NCBI RefSeq assembly: GCF_001194135.2
Contig: NC_068982.1
Span: 66,653,832-66,717,831, forward strand
Source of the DNA: Octopus bimaculoides
Taxonomy: Eukaryota
DNA: 64,000 nt
Reading direction: 5' to 3'
In this document: in pieces, positions 1 through 10,746 of the stretch
How positions within the stretch are numbered: position 1 is the stretch's first letter
Layout of the letters: each line of letters begins with the position of its first letter
The notes under the pieces: generated by a model
Databases searched by the model: none
Told to the model about the DNA's origin: nothing
The model's input: only the letters and a program-made list of their open reading frames with translations
Program-made: the position numbers and the translations under genes

Positions 1-189
1 ATATCAAATTTAGATGTTGATAGTAACAAATAGAACTTGGAAAATTACTTCTGATTAAAAAAAAATAATAATAATTCGAAATAATTTCCAAAAGAAGAAA
101 AACAAGTAGAAAAATTCGTTATTTAAAAGAAAACATGAATATTCTATCGTTACTTGTAGTTTTATTTTTATTTCATATTGTATTTATTC

Positions 190-430
190 ATTTATTATTA
201 TTTGCAAATGAAACATTACCAAGATGTTTTCTTTTCAGAAATTCTTTAACATATGCTACATCGTCAAAGAATTTCTTTTTTCAGCAGACGATACTTTGAT
301 TTTTTAAATTTTTTTATTTGCTTTAACGATGATTATTAAATATTTCTCACATGACACAGCTTCTTCGTCTGCGAACTTCTAAGTGCAACATTTCACCGGC
401 GTATCAATTAAGAAATCGATGTTAATCATT
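190..430 (-). mobile_element. Decayed piggyBac-like transposase C-terminal fragment
   Basis: Minus-strand translation RCSIC*RISEKKTSW*CFICK resembles the piggyBac cysteine-rich tail (RCxxC..KT..CxxC). It is preceded by HRFLN*YAGEML..RRR and carries multiple stops. Confidence 0.35.
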
Positions 431-569
431 CAAACAGATATTTATTCATTTATTTTTGCGTAACATCATTCTATACTAGAAGTGTACATATATACAGGAA
501 GTGGTGTTTACTGAATATTACTACAAGGTGAACTTAGATATTGTTACATTAAATAAATGCCTTAGGTCG

Positions 570-1075
570 AAATAGTAAACCGCCTAAATAGTTAAATATC
601 TAAATATCTAACTGTAAACAGATAACTGTCTCAATAGTTAAATGCCTAAATTGACCAAAGAGATAAAAGGTTAAATAGTCTACTGTCTAAACAGCTAAGT
701 ATCTATATAGTCAACAGGTTAAATAGCCAACTGATTAAATAGCCAATTACTTAAATAACAACTAGCCTATTGGCTAAATATTCAATGCCTAAATAGCCAA
801 CAACTTAATAGACAGGTGTCTAAATGTATTAGCGAATGAACGCTGGTCTTAATAGTTAAATGCATAAACAGACAAGTGACTAAAATAATCCACTGGCTAA
901 ATAGTTAACTGCCTAAATGGTAAACTGACCAAATAGCTAAGTGGCTAAAATGCTAACCAATTGATTAAATAGTCAACTGGATAAATAGCTAACCATTGGT
1001 TAAATATTTAATAGTGCTAAAATAGCCAACAACCTGAGTAGAGTAAATAACAATCTTAATAGACGAGAGTCTAAA
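570..1075. repeat. Degenerate minisatellite with a ~17-19 nt unit (TAAATAGYYAACTG-like)
   Basis: Repeated taaatagttaa / taaatagccaact / taaatagtcaactg variants over ~500 bp. Confidence 0.6.
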
Positions 1076-1166
1076 TTAATGTTTCCCAATCAGGGTTCCG
1101 CGAGAGGTGGCCAGAGTTCTGCGAGAAATAATGATAATTAGTTTAATTATGTTCGTCTGAGTCATT

Positions 1167-1256
<90 letters not shown>
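1167..1256. repeat. (GT)n-(GA)n compound microsatellite
   Basis: Direct reading of the sequence. Confidence 0.95.
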
Positions 1257-1262
<6 letters not shown>

Positions 1263-2792
1263 CGCGCGTGTTAAATTTTATTTTGAAGTCAACCTTAAAT
1301 TAGAGACTAAAGAAGGTCTGTGCCGGCATCTTCTCTTGTTCTTTAGACTGCCCTCAAAACATTAAACTTCTTCACTAATTGTATCTACATATAAATACAA
1401 ATCAAACAACCATGTTCTCATTAGTTCTGTCTGTACTTCTTGGCATGCAATTAGTTACAAACCCCATTCGCCTACGTTATTTCCTGTTTTTATTATTATT
1501 ATTTTTTTAAAACTCATCATCGAAGAATGTTGTGTAAATTTTTAAATTTTTAGTATATTTACGTTTTTCTTTTTTTGTTGTTAGTTTATGAAATGTTTGT
1601 GTTAATGTACATTTTGATTATTGTAAGAAAAGTTTTTTTCTTTCGTTTCCCCTTTTTTTTATATATCTCATCTCTAAGGTTAATTCTTCTGTTTGCCTTT
1701 TATTTGCTTCAGTTTCATTGGTTTGTTATTTATTTTCTATTCTATTTCCACTCTTTACATTTTGTAAAATGTTCCGACGTAATGGTTTTTTTGAAGAGGA
1801 TACATTCAGAAAATTCTAATGAGGCGAGTGAAAAAGAATCGCGAACTTGATAAGCATTTCAGCACTAATGCGAAAATGGACACAAAACGGATCCGTTTAT
1901 ACAATGGTAGGTAGGGCCAGTGATCCAAGTTTCCATGGTGTTTTGTCTGTAACAAACAACACTGAAATGAATGTAGCAATGAATTCAGCAATTCTGAAAA
2001 GGTACTTCATGACAAATCATAATCATATGAAGAATGAAAGTGCTGACATACCAGTATATATAGCATTTATAAAGTTTATACAAGCGTGGACGGGCCTAGC
2101 TGTAATGTTTAATCCCAGAGAAACTTTTCAAAGAGAGTTGTGTGTTAAAACATAAAGCTTTGTTCAAAACGCCGATGGATCGCCAGACACAGTGTTTCGA
2201 TCTGAGTTGGTCTCATCAGTGATGAATACTTCAGACGTGCTGAGTTTAGTTGAACATGCTTGTTCTGACATAGAAACAGGTAAACAAAACATTTACTGAT
2301 TCGTGCGAAAGCAAACCATACGAGAATTAGATTTTTTTACGCACATGAAACAGATTTAGACGAAAATATTTCTGTACATGACATTTATAGTGTGTCTACA
2401 AGCATGAAACAGCATTATCTGCAATGTTTTGTTTCAGAGAAATTTGTCAAAACAAAGGTCTTCGTTCAAAACTCCGGTGGATCACCAAACACGGTGTTTT
2501 GACCTGATTCGGTTTCTTCAGTTACGAATGTACTTGTTCCGATATAAAAACCGGTAAAAAAAAAGTGCTGATTATTTTGAAAGACTAATTGATTTTTAAA
2601 ATAAACAATGTCTAGGTTTTGTAGCTTTTGTAAATAAAGGTAGTGTCAGTGAAAAATTACTGAGAAATTAAGTTATCTCTTATCAGTAAATGTCACGTTA
2701 TAACTTTTGTATGACTTGTCAATGAGGAAGAAATTTAAAACATTTCTGTTGTGAAGAATTGCCTGAAACAAACAAAGGGATACATACATACA

Positions 2793-3168
2793 TGTTGTTG
2801 TTGGCACTCCGTCGCTTACGACGTCGAGGGTTCCAGTTGATCCGATCAACGGAACAGCCTGCTCGTGAAATTAACGTGCAAGTGGCTGAGCACTCCACAG
2901 ACAGGTGTACCCTTAACGTAGTTCTCGGGGATATTCAGCGTGACACAGAATGTGACAAGGCTGACCCTTTGAATTACAGGCACAACAGAAACAGGAAGTA
3001 AGAGTGAGAGAAAGTTGTGGTGGAAGAGTACAACAGGGTTCGCCACCATCCCCTGCCGGAGCCTCGTGGAGCTTTAGGCGTTTTCGCTCAATAAACATTC
3101 ACAACGCCGGGTCTGGGAATCGAAACCGCGAGTCCGCTGCCCTAACCACTGGGCCATTGCGCCTCCAC
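2793..3168 (-). mobile_element. Young tRNA-derived SINE (family A), full length
   Basis: Minus-strand head GTGGAGGCGCAATGGCCCAGTGGTTAGG..GGTTTCGATTCCC carries A and B boxes, and the tail is (CAA)n. Near-identical to the 6001 and 17683 copies. Inserted in a (TACA)n tract. Confidence 0.9.
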
Positions 3169-3829
3169 ATACATACATACATACATGTGTGTATATATAC
3201 ACACACACGCACGCACACACACCCCCAATATTTTACCCCATATCTCGAAACAAAGTCTCTTCTACAAGAACAGTGTGGCACCAACGCTTTTTCTTAAGAG
3301 GCTTCGTTTCTCTTTTAAAACAAGAAAATGTAGGTATTATCTCTCAACACATTGCTTTCTTCACTGAAAATTGCTGATTTCAAAATCTCTTGGAGATGGA
3401 TTGATTAACGCTTTCGATGCTGCTATAAAAAAACGATCATCTTTATTAAAGAAAGACCAGTTCACTCCAGGATGTTTTAAAAAACTGCGTGAAACCTGGA
3501 TAAAGAGTACATGAATTTGTTTACTACATCTAGAAATCCAGTGGTCTAGTAGAGGAAGATTTCTAGATAGGATATCTGAGCTGAAAGATTAATTGCGGGA
3601 AGATTTTAAAAAAAACAATAAGCCAGGGTTTTCCAAGTTATTTGAAGACGTAAACTATTGTAGAAGCTAGTCTACTTGGCATTTTTCATCTCGTGAATCA
3701 GTGGAACAAATCACTTCAAGTTTCTGGAGAAAATGTTTTGACTCCTGATGACATGATACTTTGTTTTAAAAGAAAACTGACAAATATATTGAGAAAATCC
3801 AGGCTTGCTCATGATTTTTCCAAAACCAA

Positions 3830-5352
3830 GGTAAGAATAAAGCAATTATGATACATTATATGGATGACCTCGAAATATATACACAAAAGGAAACAGACTC
3901 TGATCCAAACAGTAAGAATATTCAGTAAAGAGAGTTTGGAAGAAAAAGTCTGATGGCATAAAATAACCAAAAGGCATCATTCGACCGTTATGGAATAATG
4001 AGGGATACAGATACTTCGGTGTGCTGCAATACGATAAAATAATAGTAAGAAAGATGAGAGCGAAAGTCACTAAAGAGTACAAAAAGAGAATTAAGAAGGT
4101 GCTCGAAACAAAATTAAATGGATGGAACATCATTGAAACCATAATTACATGGGCAATGCCAGTACTGAGATACTCTGCCCCCTTTCTGAAATGTACAAAG
4201 ATCGAGCTGCAGGTCTTAGAAGATAGAAGAACCGAAAAGATGTTAACAATGCATAATGCACACCATCCTAAAATTAATACCGACCGACTCTATCTGCCAA
4301 GAAGGGAAGGTGACAGAAGATTACTAAACGCGGAAGACTGTTGGTACTGCAATACTGAACCTGAAATATTATGTTGTACAGAGTAAAGATAGAATACTTT
4401 CGGCAGCCAGAGATACCTAAGAAGTAACTGAAACAGTAAGGTAATTCAAAGGGAAAAGGAAGAACAACAGAATGAACAAATGGAAAGAAATGGAATTGCA
4501 TGGCCAATTCATGCAACAAACGGAAAGTGTTGCAAGTGAAGCCCGGTGGCTTTGGTTGACAGACGGGAACTTGAAACGAGAAACTGAACGTTAATTATTG
4601 CCTTTCAGGAACAAGCCCTTAGAACAAATCTAATAAAGACAAAGAACGACAAAACTCAGTCAGACACTAATTGTAGAATCTACAAGAAAGGAATCGAGAG
4701 TATCAATCACATTTTGTGCGAGTGCAGTATACTAGCACAAAAGGAGAACAAGCGAAGGAGTAGATGCGTAGGCTAAAGAGTACGTTGGGATGTTAGTCGA
4801 GTATGTGGCTTCAAAACAACAGAAAAGTGGTATGGGCACGAACCAGAGGCAGTGATGGAAAACGAAAATTATAAGATCTTGTGGAACTTCGCCATAAAAG
4901 CTGACCATACTATTGAAACCAGACATGATTATAGAGGGCAAAATAAACAAATAGTGCAAGATCATAGATTTTGCAATTCTCAATGATAGCGGAGTCGATA
5001 CTCACAAAACGGAAAAAAAAAAAGAAATACCAGGATCTAGCCAGAGAGCTGAAGCGACTGTGAAAGACCAAGACAACAATTATTTCTGTAATAATAGGGT
5101 TCACTTGGCACAATACCCAAAATGCTACTTGAAAAACTGAAAGAAATTGGAATTGAAACTCACATTGTCGACCTGCAGAAAAGTGTCATCCTATATGTTG
5201 CCAGAATCTCATGAAAAAGTCTTGAGATTTGAGGAGACTTGTAGTCACCAAACCACAAGATAAAATACCTGTTAACTAATAATAGTAATAAACAACAACA
5301 ACAACAACAACAATAATAATAATAATAATAATAGTAATAATAATAACAACAA
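3830..5352 (+). mobile_element. 5'-truncated R4/Dong-clade non-LTR retrotransposon (RT end, CCHC knuckle, restriction-like endonuclease) with (AAT/AAC)n tail
   Basis: YMDDLEIY at ~3860. KEYKKRIKKVLETKLNG..WAMPVLRYS..HHPKINTDRLYLPRREG at 4070-4315. LKRETERLIIAFQEQALRTN. CRIYKKGIESINHILCEC zinc knuckle. KILWNF..CKIIDFAI..KKYQDLARELKRL endonuclease region. Stop near 5230 followed by AAT/AAC repeats. Confidence 0.85.
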
Positions 5353-5409
5353 CTGTTTGAAGGTGCTGTCATGGAAATGCTTTTTGTCTTAGTGTAAAAG
5401 ATGGGCTAC

Positions 5410-5580
5410 AGCAAATATTCTGCTCAATACCACAGATTTGCTTGTCAGTTGTTTGACTTTGACCAGTTGAGCATGTTCCTTGATAGCTGACGATATGTGC
5501 ATCTCCGATCACGAGCAGAAGTAGTGGGGGAGCTTCATAGCCATGTGATGAGAGGAATTCTTTGGGTTTTGAATAATTTC
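5410..5580. repeat. Interspersed repeat, second copy at ~41845-41990
   Basis: Shares ctcaataccacagatttgcttgtcagtt..gtagtgggggagc with 41845-41990. Confidence 0.75.
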
Positions 5581-6000
5581 CATTTGGAAACATTAGTATT
5601 TCGTTCAACATCCTTAAACAAGCCTTATCCAAAGAGCTTTTGAGCTGGATGGGCTACTCGATTTGAAGAAAATTCTAACTTGGCAAGGTCGTGCACTATT
5701 TATCTTTATATGACTTCACTATGTCGCGCGTATATGATTGTGATGCATATACCTGGTGTACCCTTATCAGACTGGTAGTGATGATGGATATACAAGGCTT
5801 CGTATTACTCCAGTGTCTCTTTGATGACATGCGCTGCTCTCTCGTTCAATAATGATAATAATAATCCTTTCCACTACAGGTACAAGGCCTTATAAAAATA
5901 ACAACAAATAATGATAATAATAATCCTTTCTACTAAAGGCACAAGGCCTGAAATTTTGGGTGAGGGACATAGTCAATTACAGCGACCCCAGTGTTTCACT

Positions 6001-6315
6001 CGTGAAATTAACGTGCAAGTGGCTGAGCACTCCAGATACGTGTACCCTTAACGTAGTTCTCGGGGATATTCAGCGTGACACAGTGTGACAAGGCTGACCC
6101 TTTGAATTACAGGCACAACAGAAACAGGAAGTAAGAGTGAGAGAAATTTGTGGTGAAAGAGTACAGCAGGGTTCGCCACCATCCCCTGCCGGAGCCTCGT
6201 GGAGCTTTAGGTGTTTTCGCTCAATAAACACTCACAACGCCCGGTCTGGGAATCGAAACCGCGATCCTATTACCACGAGTCCGCTACCCTAACCACTGGG
6301 CCATTGCGCCTCCAC
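6001..6315 (-). mobile_element. SINE family A, 3'-truncated copy abutting a family B fragment
   Basis: Near-identical to part of 2793-3168. Confidence 0.85.
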
Positions 6316-9300
6316 AAACAGAGAGATAAGCTCTTTGAAAATTGGGTCTCAAAAGAGTTAGATCTTTTATCAGCCTTAGGACATATAGACCGGAACTTAA
6401 CCTGGATTTCATGGAGTAGATTGCCATTTCTTTATGTATAATTTAGAATAGCAGTTTTAGTTTTCAATGTAATAAAGGATTTAACCCAAATATCACCAGT
6501 TTTTACCTAGTTTTGATACGATATAATTCAGTAATGTCACCAAGTTGTAGACATTGCGCATGCAGAAGGTGTCCTTGAACAATCTTCCCCGGTTAATCTG
6601 TTCCCGGTTAATCAGCCAAGCCTTTGACCTCTAGGTCAGTAACAGATTGCGCCCACTCCCGTTTTAAAAATTGATTTGCCAATAAAGTAGGCCTAACACA
6701 GAATAGTCTTTTCTAATGTTAAAACAGCAGCCGTGTAAGCCCTGAAAAATTAAATATGTCATGTATATTCATTCCTAACGGACTTACATTGCTTTACATA
6801 CATTACTATTCCCACTTTGTGCCGTTCTAATTGAACTCTCCATCCGAAACTACAGTTTCGTACAAAATTTTGATTAACTTTCGTCTTATCTTTCCTTCGA
6901 CATCTCCCTTAGAAGCTAGTTTAAAATGGTTGTGATGCGACCGAGAATTTTCCTCTAAACACCCTTAGATTTTATGGCGATTTTAATACAATTTCGTGCA
7001 GTCGCCTAATTTCTGGAGACAGTGTTGCCAGAAACTATAATGTGTGTATAGACTGTTATACATTATTTATTCATTACGGTTAATTAAGGTAACGAATATA
7101 TTCTGAATCATCCTTTACTGCGATGCAGGGATAACTGACTGGGCGAGATTAGTACAGTTACTCTTTAATTTCAATTTCAACAGATGAAGTGTTTGAATGA
7201 TAAATGTGAGCAGGAAGAGGGAGACACTAATGGCGTTGTAATGATATTTTGGATTGGGCAGTAATGATTAAGCAATGGAAGACTATTCAGTGGAAACGTC
7301 GAAATGAGGACATACAAATAGCTCGAACCGACCGTGGTGATGTGCAGTTAGTAATTTCAGAGATCATTGTATTAGTAATAAAAAAAAAAAGGGTAAATGA
7401 GTGAAGGTTTGACACTGTATTTAAAAACTGGTATCCACACGCGCGTGTATAAGGGTGTGTGAAGGTGCGTGTCCCTCTGGTTCTCAGTGTTGGGTTCTAT
7501 TCCATGGACTGGGCTGCGCGTTGTGTCTTTGAATAAGGTATATCAGTCCACTCAGTTGAAAATGAATATGCACCTAGAGCTGGTGCAGCCCTTTCTTTCC
7601 TCTAACAGTCACATTCTTGATGTTTCGCTGAATTAAGTATCAGAAGACCTAATGAACAATTAATAGCAGTAGAGAAAGACAATAGGCCATATTGGCTTGC
7701 GAGTAATGGCTATGTAAGCACACACACACACACACACACACACAATGCGTTCGTGCGTATGTTTTAGTTGTTACATACATTGGGCGGATAGTTGCTGGAC
7801 ATAAAAACTTATCAGTCGGTTGAATGATGATAATGATATCAAATGAAGTCATGACTTGCTTGCGAATTGAATTGAGAGAGAGGGCAGCGCAATGTCAGCC
7901 TCTCTCTCAAGCATGTCTTGATCTGGAGACAAAACGAAATCAAAAAGGTTGGAAGTAAATCTGGATGAAGTGAATGACCAGGGTTTCTGTCGTGTCTTGT
8001 CGTGAAACATGCATTTCAGAACACTTACTAAAAAGTCGCCTTTCTAATCGTTGAGCCTCCTATTGTTCTCATCCTCTCAATTCCATCGAGTGGATAGATA
8101 CGCCTTAACTCACGGAAAGTTTGGAATTGAACCCTGGAAATTTGAACGTAAAAATACATTTCTTACTTGAAATATTATTAAATGGAACTTTTGAGAACTT
8201 TTTAACATTTATTTCTCAATTTTTGCCTTTAATCAGAGCATACGAAGACAGTTCATCTTGATCCTTTGCCTGTCTTGTGTATTACATGTGATACACAAGA
8301 CACATTTCCATGGTGTCCATGCATCGTATATGTCACACATACCCAATTTTTTCAACCACCAGAGTAACCTGGGACATATGAAAGAAAAGCTTTATATTAC
8401 TCAGAGTATACGAAACGAGGGTTAATTAAAACTCAGAAACAAGCCTGGATGTTTGGGACAAAGTTATGAGAATGCTTTGAACAGCAAAGGGTTAATTAAA
8501 TTAATTAAAAGTCAGATAATTAGATAAATAATTTATTTGAAAAACAATCGTAACTTTAGATAATTTTGACAAAATATATGCATACAATGAAAAACATTAC
8601 AAAATATTTCTTTAAGCTTTCCATTAGAAATCATACACATCATTTTAGTGTGTAAAATTACATTTGAGGACAAACCACCAAGAAAAAAAGAAAATGATTA
8701 TACAAAGAAAGTGTTTTTAAGTTTCAGAATAAAAGACACCTTCTCTGTGTCAGTTTATAAAACGCAGATAGATCTTAAGGATACCTTATCTAAAAGGACG
8801 GGACTTGTTAGAAACGCAAGCGAGATTTGGAAACTAACTTTATTTAAAAACAAATTTGGGGTCTCACGTAGCCAAGTCCTTAAAGATAGAATCCCCCAAA
8901 ACAGTGCTTCAGAAGTTAAAAAAGGTTTCTTACAACTCAACTGGAGTATATGAGAACCCACGTGTTCTCTCGTTAAAACCAGTTCCCTCCGAAATTTTAA
9001 CTACAGATTTTAAGAATATTTTTTTAAAACATATGTATATCTTATATATTTAAAATAATGTTTAATGTATTCAAGAGTTAAAGAAGTATTTTAATGGTTT
9101 CAAAAAGTGAGAATATAAAGTCGTACAAAAATGAAGAATATTAAAAACAGTCGATATATATATATTACACTGATTTGGTAAATAGAATTTATAGAATTTC
9201 TATATGAAAGCTTCGTCACACAAAAATGCCAACAACTAGGATAATCCTAGTATTAACAAAGAATGTTCACTTCAAAGTAATGTTTTAATATATAACGGAT

Positions 9301-9329
9301 ATATTATGAGCTATACTGTTTCTAAGATA

Positions 9330-9510
9330 GGTACCAGGCTTGAAAATTGGGGAGGAGTTCGCTGATTACATCAGCCACAAAACTTGACTTGTATTTTATT
9401 TTATCAACCCCGGAGGAATGAATGGCAAAATCGATTTCAGTGGGATATGAACTCGGTAAAGAACCGGATGAAATTCCGCAAGGTATTTTTGTCCAGGCCC
9501 AACCGATTTT
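9330..9510 (-). mobile_element. Degenerate SINE family B copy downstream of the MLLE ORF
   Basis: Matches the family B core ttatcaaccccgga..atgaatggcaaaatcgat..tatgaactc. Confidence 0.6.
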
Positions 9511-9599
9511 ACCAATCCACTTTTCACATAATGTTAAAATAATCGCGTGTGTATTATAAAATTTTTCTTAGACATTTTGGTACTCATGTATCTAAAATG

Positions 9600-10619
9600 T
9601 TACCATTGATAAAGTGATTGAGTTTTTTCCTCAGAAAAGAGGAATTCTTTGGATTCTTCCATAGAATAAATTGAATCAGACAACTTCATTTTGCTGTGAA
9701 TCTCATCAAGTTTCAAATGCAAAAAGGCCCGACACCATAACATATGAATAAGTTCAGTATTATCAATATCCTCTATAAAAGTTAGAATCTTCTGATGAAA
9801 ACGAGGATAAAGTGATTTTATCAAAGGGAAAAACCGTTTTATCAAAATCTTTTTATGAACTTTTGACGTTAAAGGAGCACTGCTAAGTTCACTGAAAATG
9901 TTTCCTCCTTGTCCTTGTATTACGATCTGCGGAGATATTTCTTCTGTTATTCTTTCATCGTCATCAGTGGGTATTTGGTCACCTTCAAGGGTCGAGAATA
10001 AATCTTCTCCCAGCAGATGGCGCTCATCTGGAAGCTCAACTGATTTGTTTAGATTGACGAAACTGTTTTTCACTGCATGTGGTTCTTTCACAGAATAAGC
10101 TATTATCTGAGAACGAATTTCATCAATGTGCATTGTGCGGCAGTCAGCGCATTGTAAGAGATGAAGAATAGCCGAGTTCTCCAAATTTGCCAGTTCATTT
10201 GTAATAATATCGGCAATATCTGCACAGTGATGTTGTAGGACAACCAAAAGTCGTATTTTGAGTAAACTGTTCAAAGGTTGGCGTCCAGTGAGTAATTGGT
10301 GTAGAACGTTATTAGGTTGCGAAAAGTCTTTACATATATCAATAACCATAAGAGCCTCTTTCATTCGAATATCAAAGAAGTAACGACAGTCTAACATATG
10401 GAACAATTCAGAATAATGGAATGTAGACGCCATTACATAGATGATTTCTTTGGCTATTTCAGGATAGAGGCTCTTAATTGTCGGGTACAATAGCTCACCG
10501 ACTATAACCATTCTTTCTGCTGGGCAGGCCCTGATTAAGGAATTTAGAAACTTACGGTTTGTGTTCAGGGATTGTGAAATCGTATTCTGTGATCTCGTTT
10601 CAGATTTTATGGAAGACAT
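9600..10619 (-). CDS. Single-exon 339-aa protein made of tandem MLLE/PABC-like domains (3 complete + 1 truncated); no RRM or HECT
   Basis: Longest open ORF in the window. It has aacATG context and an in-frame TGA 5 codons upstream (10632-10634). Units at aa ~24-94 (GELLYPTIKSLYPEIAKEI..SELFHML..EALMV), aa ~105-173 (RLLVVL..ADIITNEL..ENSAILHLL..IDE), aa ~197-229 (partial, LLGEDLF..RITEEI) and aa ~241-312 (LSSAP..KRFFPLIKSLYP..KI..IDNTELIHML..KLDE) align by eye to the PABPC MLLE pattern LASAP..[30 protein letters not shown]..KVDEA. Confidence 0.85.
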   Translation of the reverse strand: MSSIKSETRSQNTISQSLNTNRKFLNSLIRACPAERMVIVGELLYPTIKSLYPEIAKEIIYVMASTFHYSELFHMLDCRYFFDIRMKEALMVIDICKDFSQPNNVLHQLLTGRQPLNSLLKIRLLVVLQHHCADIADIITNELANLENSAILHLLQCADCRTMHIDEIRSQIIAYSVKEPHAVKNSFVNLNKSVELPDERHLLGEDLFSTLEGDQIPTDDDERITEEISPQIVIQGQGGNIFSELSSAPLTSKVHKKILIKRFFPLIKSLYPRFHQKILTFIEDIDNTELIHMLWCRAFLHLKLDEIHSKMKLSDSIYSMEESKEFLFSEEKTQSLYQW

Positions 10620-10713
10620 GTTAATAAAAAGTCACTTCAGGATGGCACAAACTTTGCTGACAATTGACCCTGCAAACCTCAAAATTAATCTGAAATCAAG
10701 AACAATAGGACAG

Positions 10714-10746
10714 TCTGTAAAAATTTAACACATACAAGAAGAAAAC
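10714..10746 (-). promoter_or_regulatory. Candidate 3' splice acceptor 95 nt upstream of the MLLE ORF start (5' UTR intron)
   Basis: Minus strand reads ttttcttcttgtatgtgttaaatttttacag|ACTGTC, a pyrimidine tract plus CAG. The exon would begin at 10714. Confidence 0.45.

Larger units (their letters stand above)
1078..3830 (+). mobile_element. Decayed hAT (Charlie/Buster/SPIN-like) DNA transposon, interrupted by a SINE and cut off by a LINE
   Basis: Left-end-like gtttcccaatcagggttccgcgag at ~1080. BED-type finger remnant PWCFVCNKQ..NE/AMNSAILKRYFMTNH at ~1930-2030. LLHLEIQWSSRGRFLDRISELKD at ~3520-3590 matches the LHTEVRWLSRG motif. NKSLQ..ENVLT..MILCFKRKL at ~3700-3780. Frameshifts and stops throughout. 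Confidence 0.7.

Noticed and set aside
3100-3168. tRNA-like heads here and in other SINEs
   Set aside because: They have A/B boxes but no complete cloverleaf; SINE heads, not tRNA genes.
8648-9053. Three overlapping short ORFs downstream of the MLLE gene
   Set aside because: No recognisable domain or splice context.
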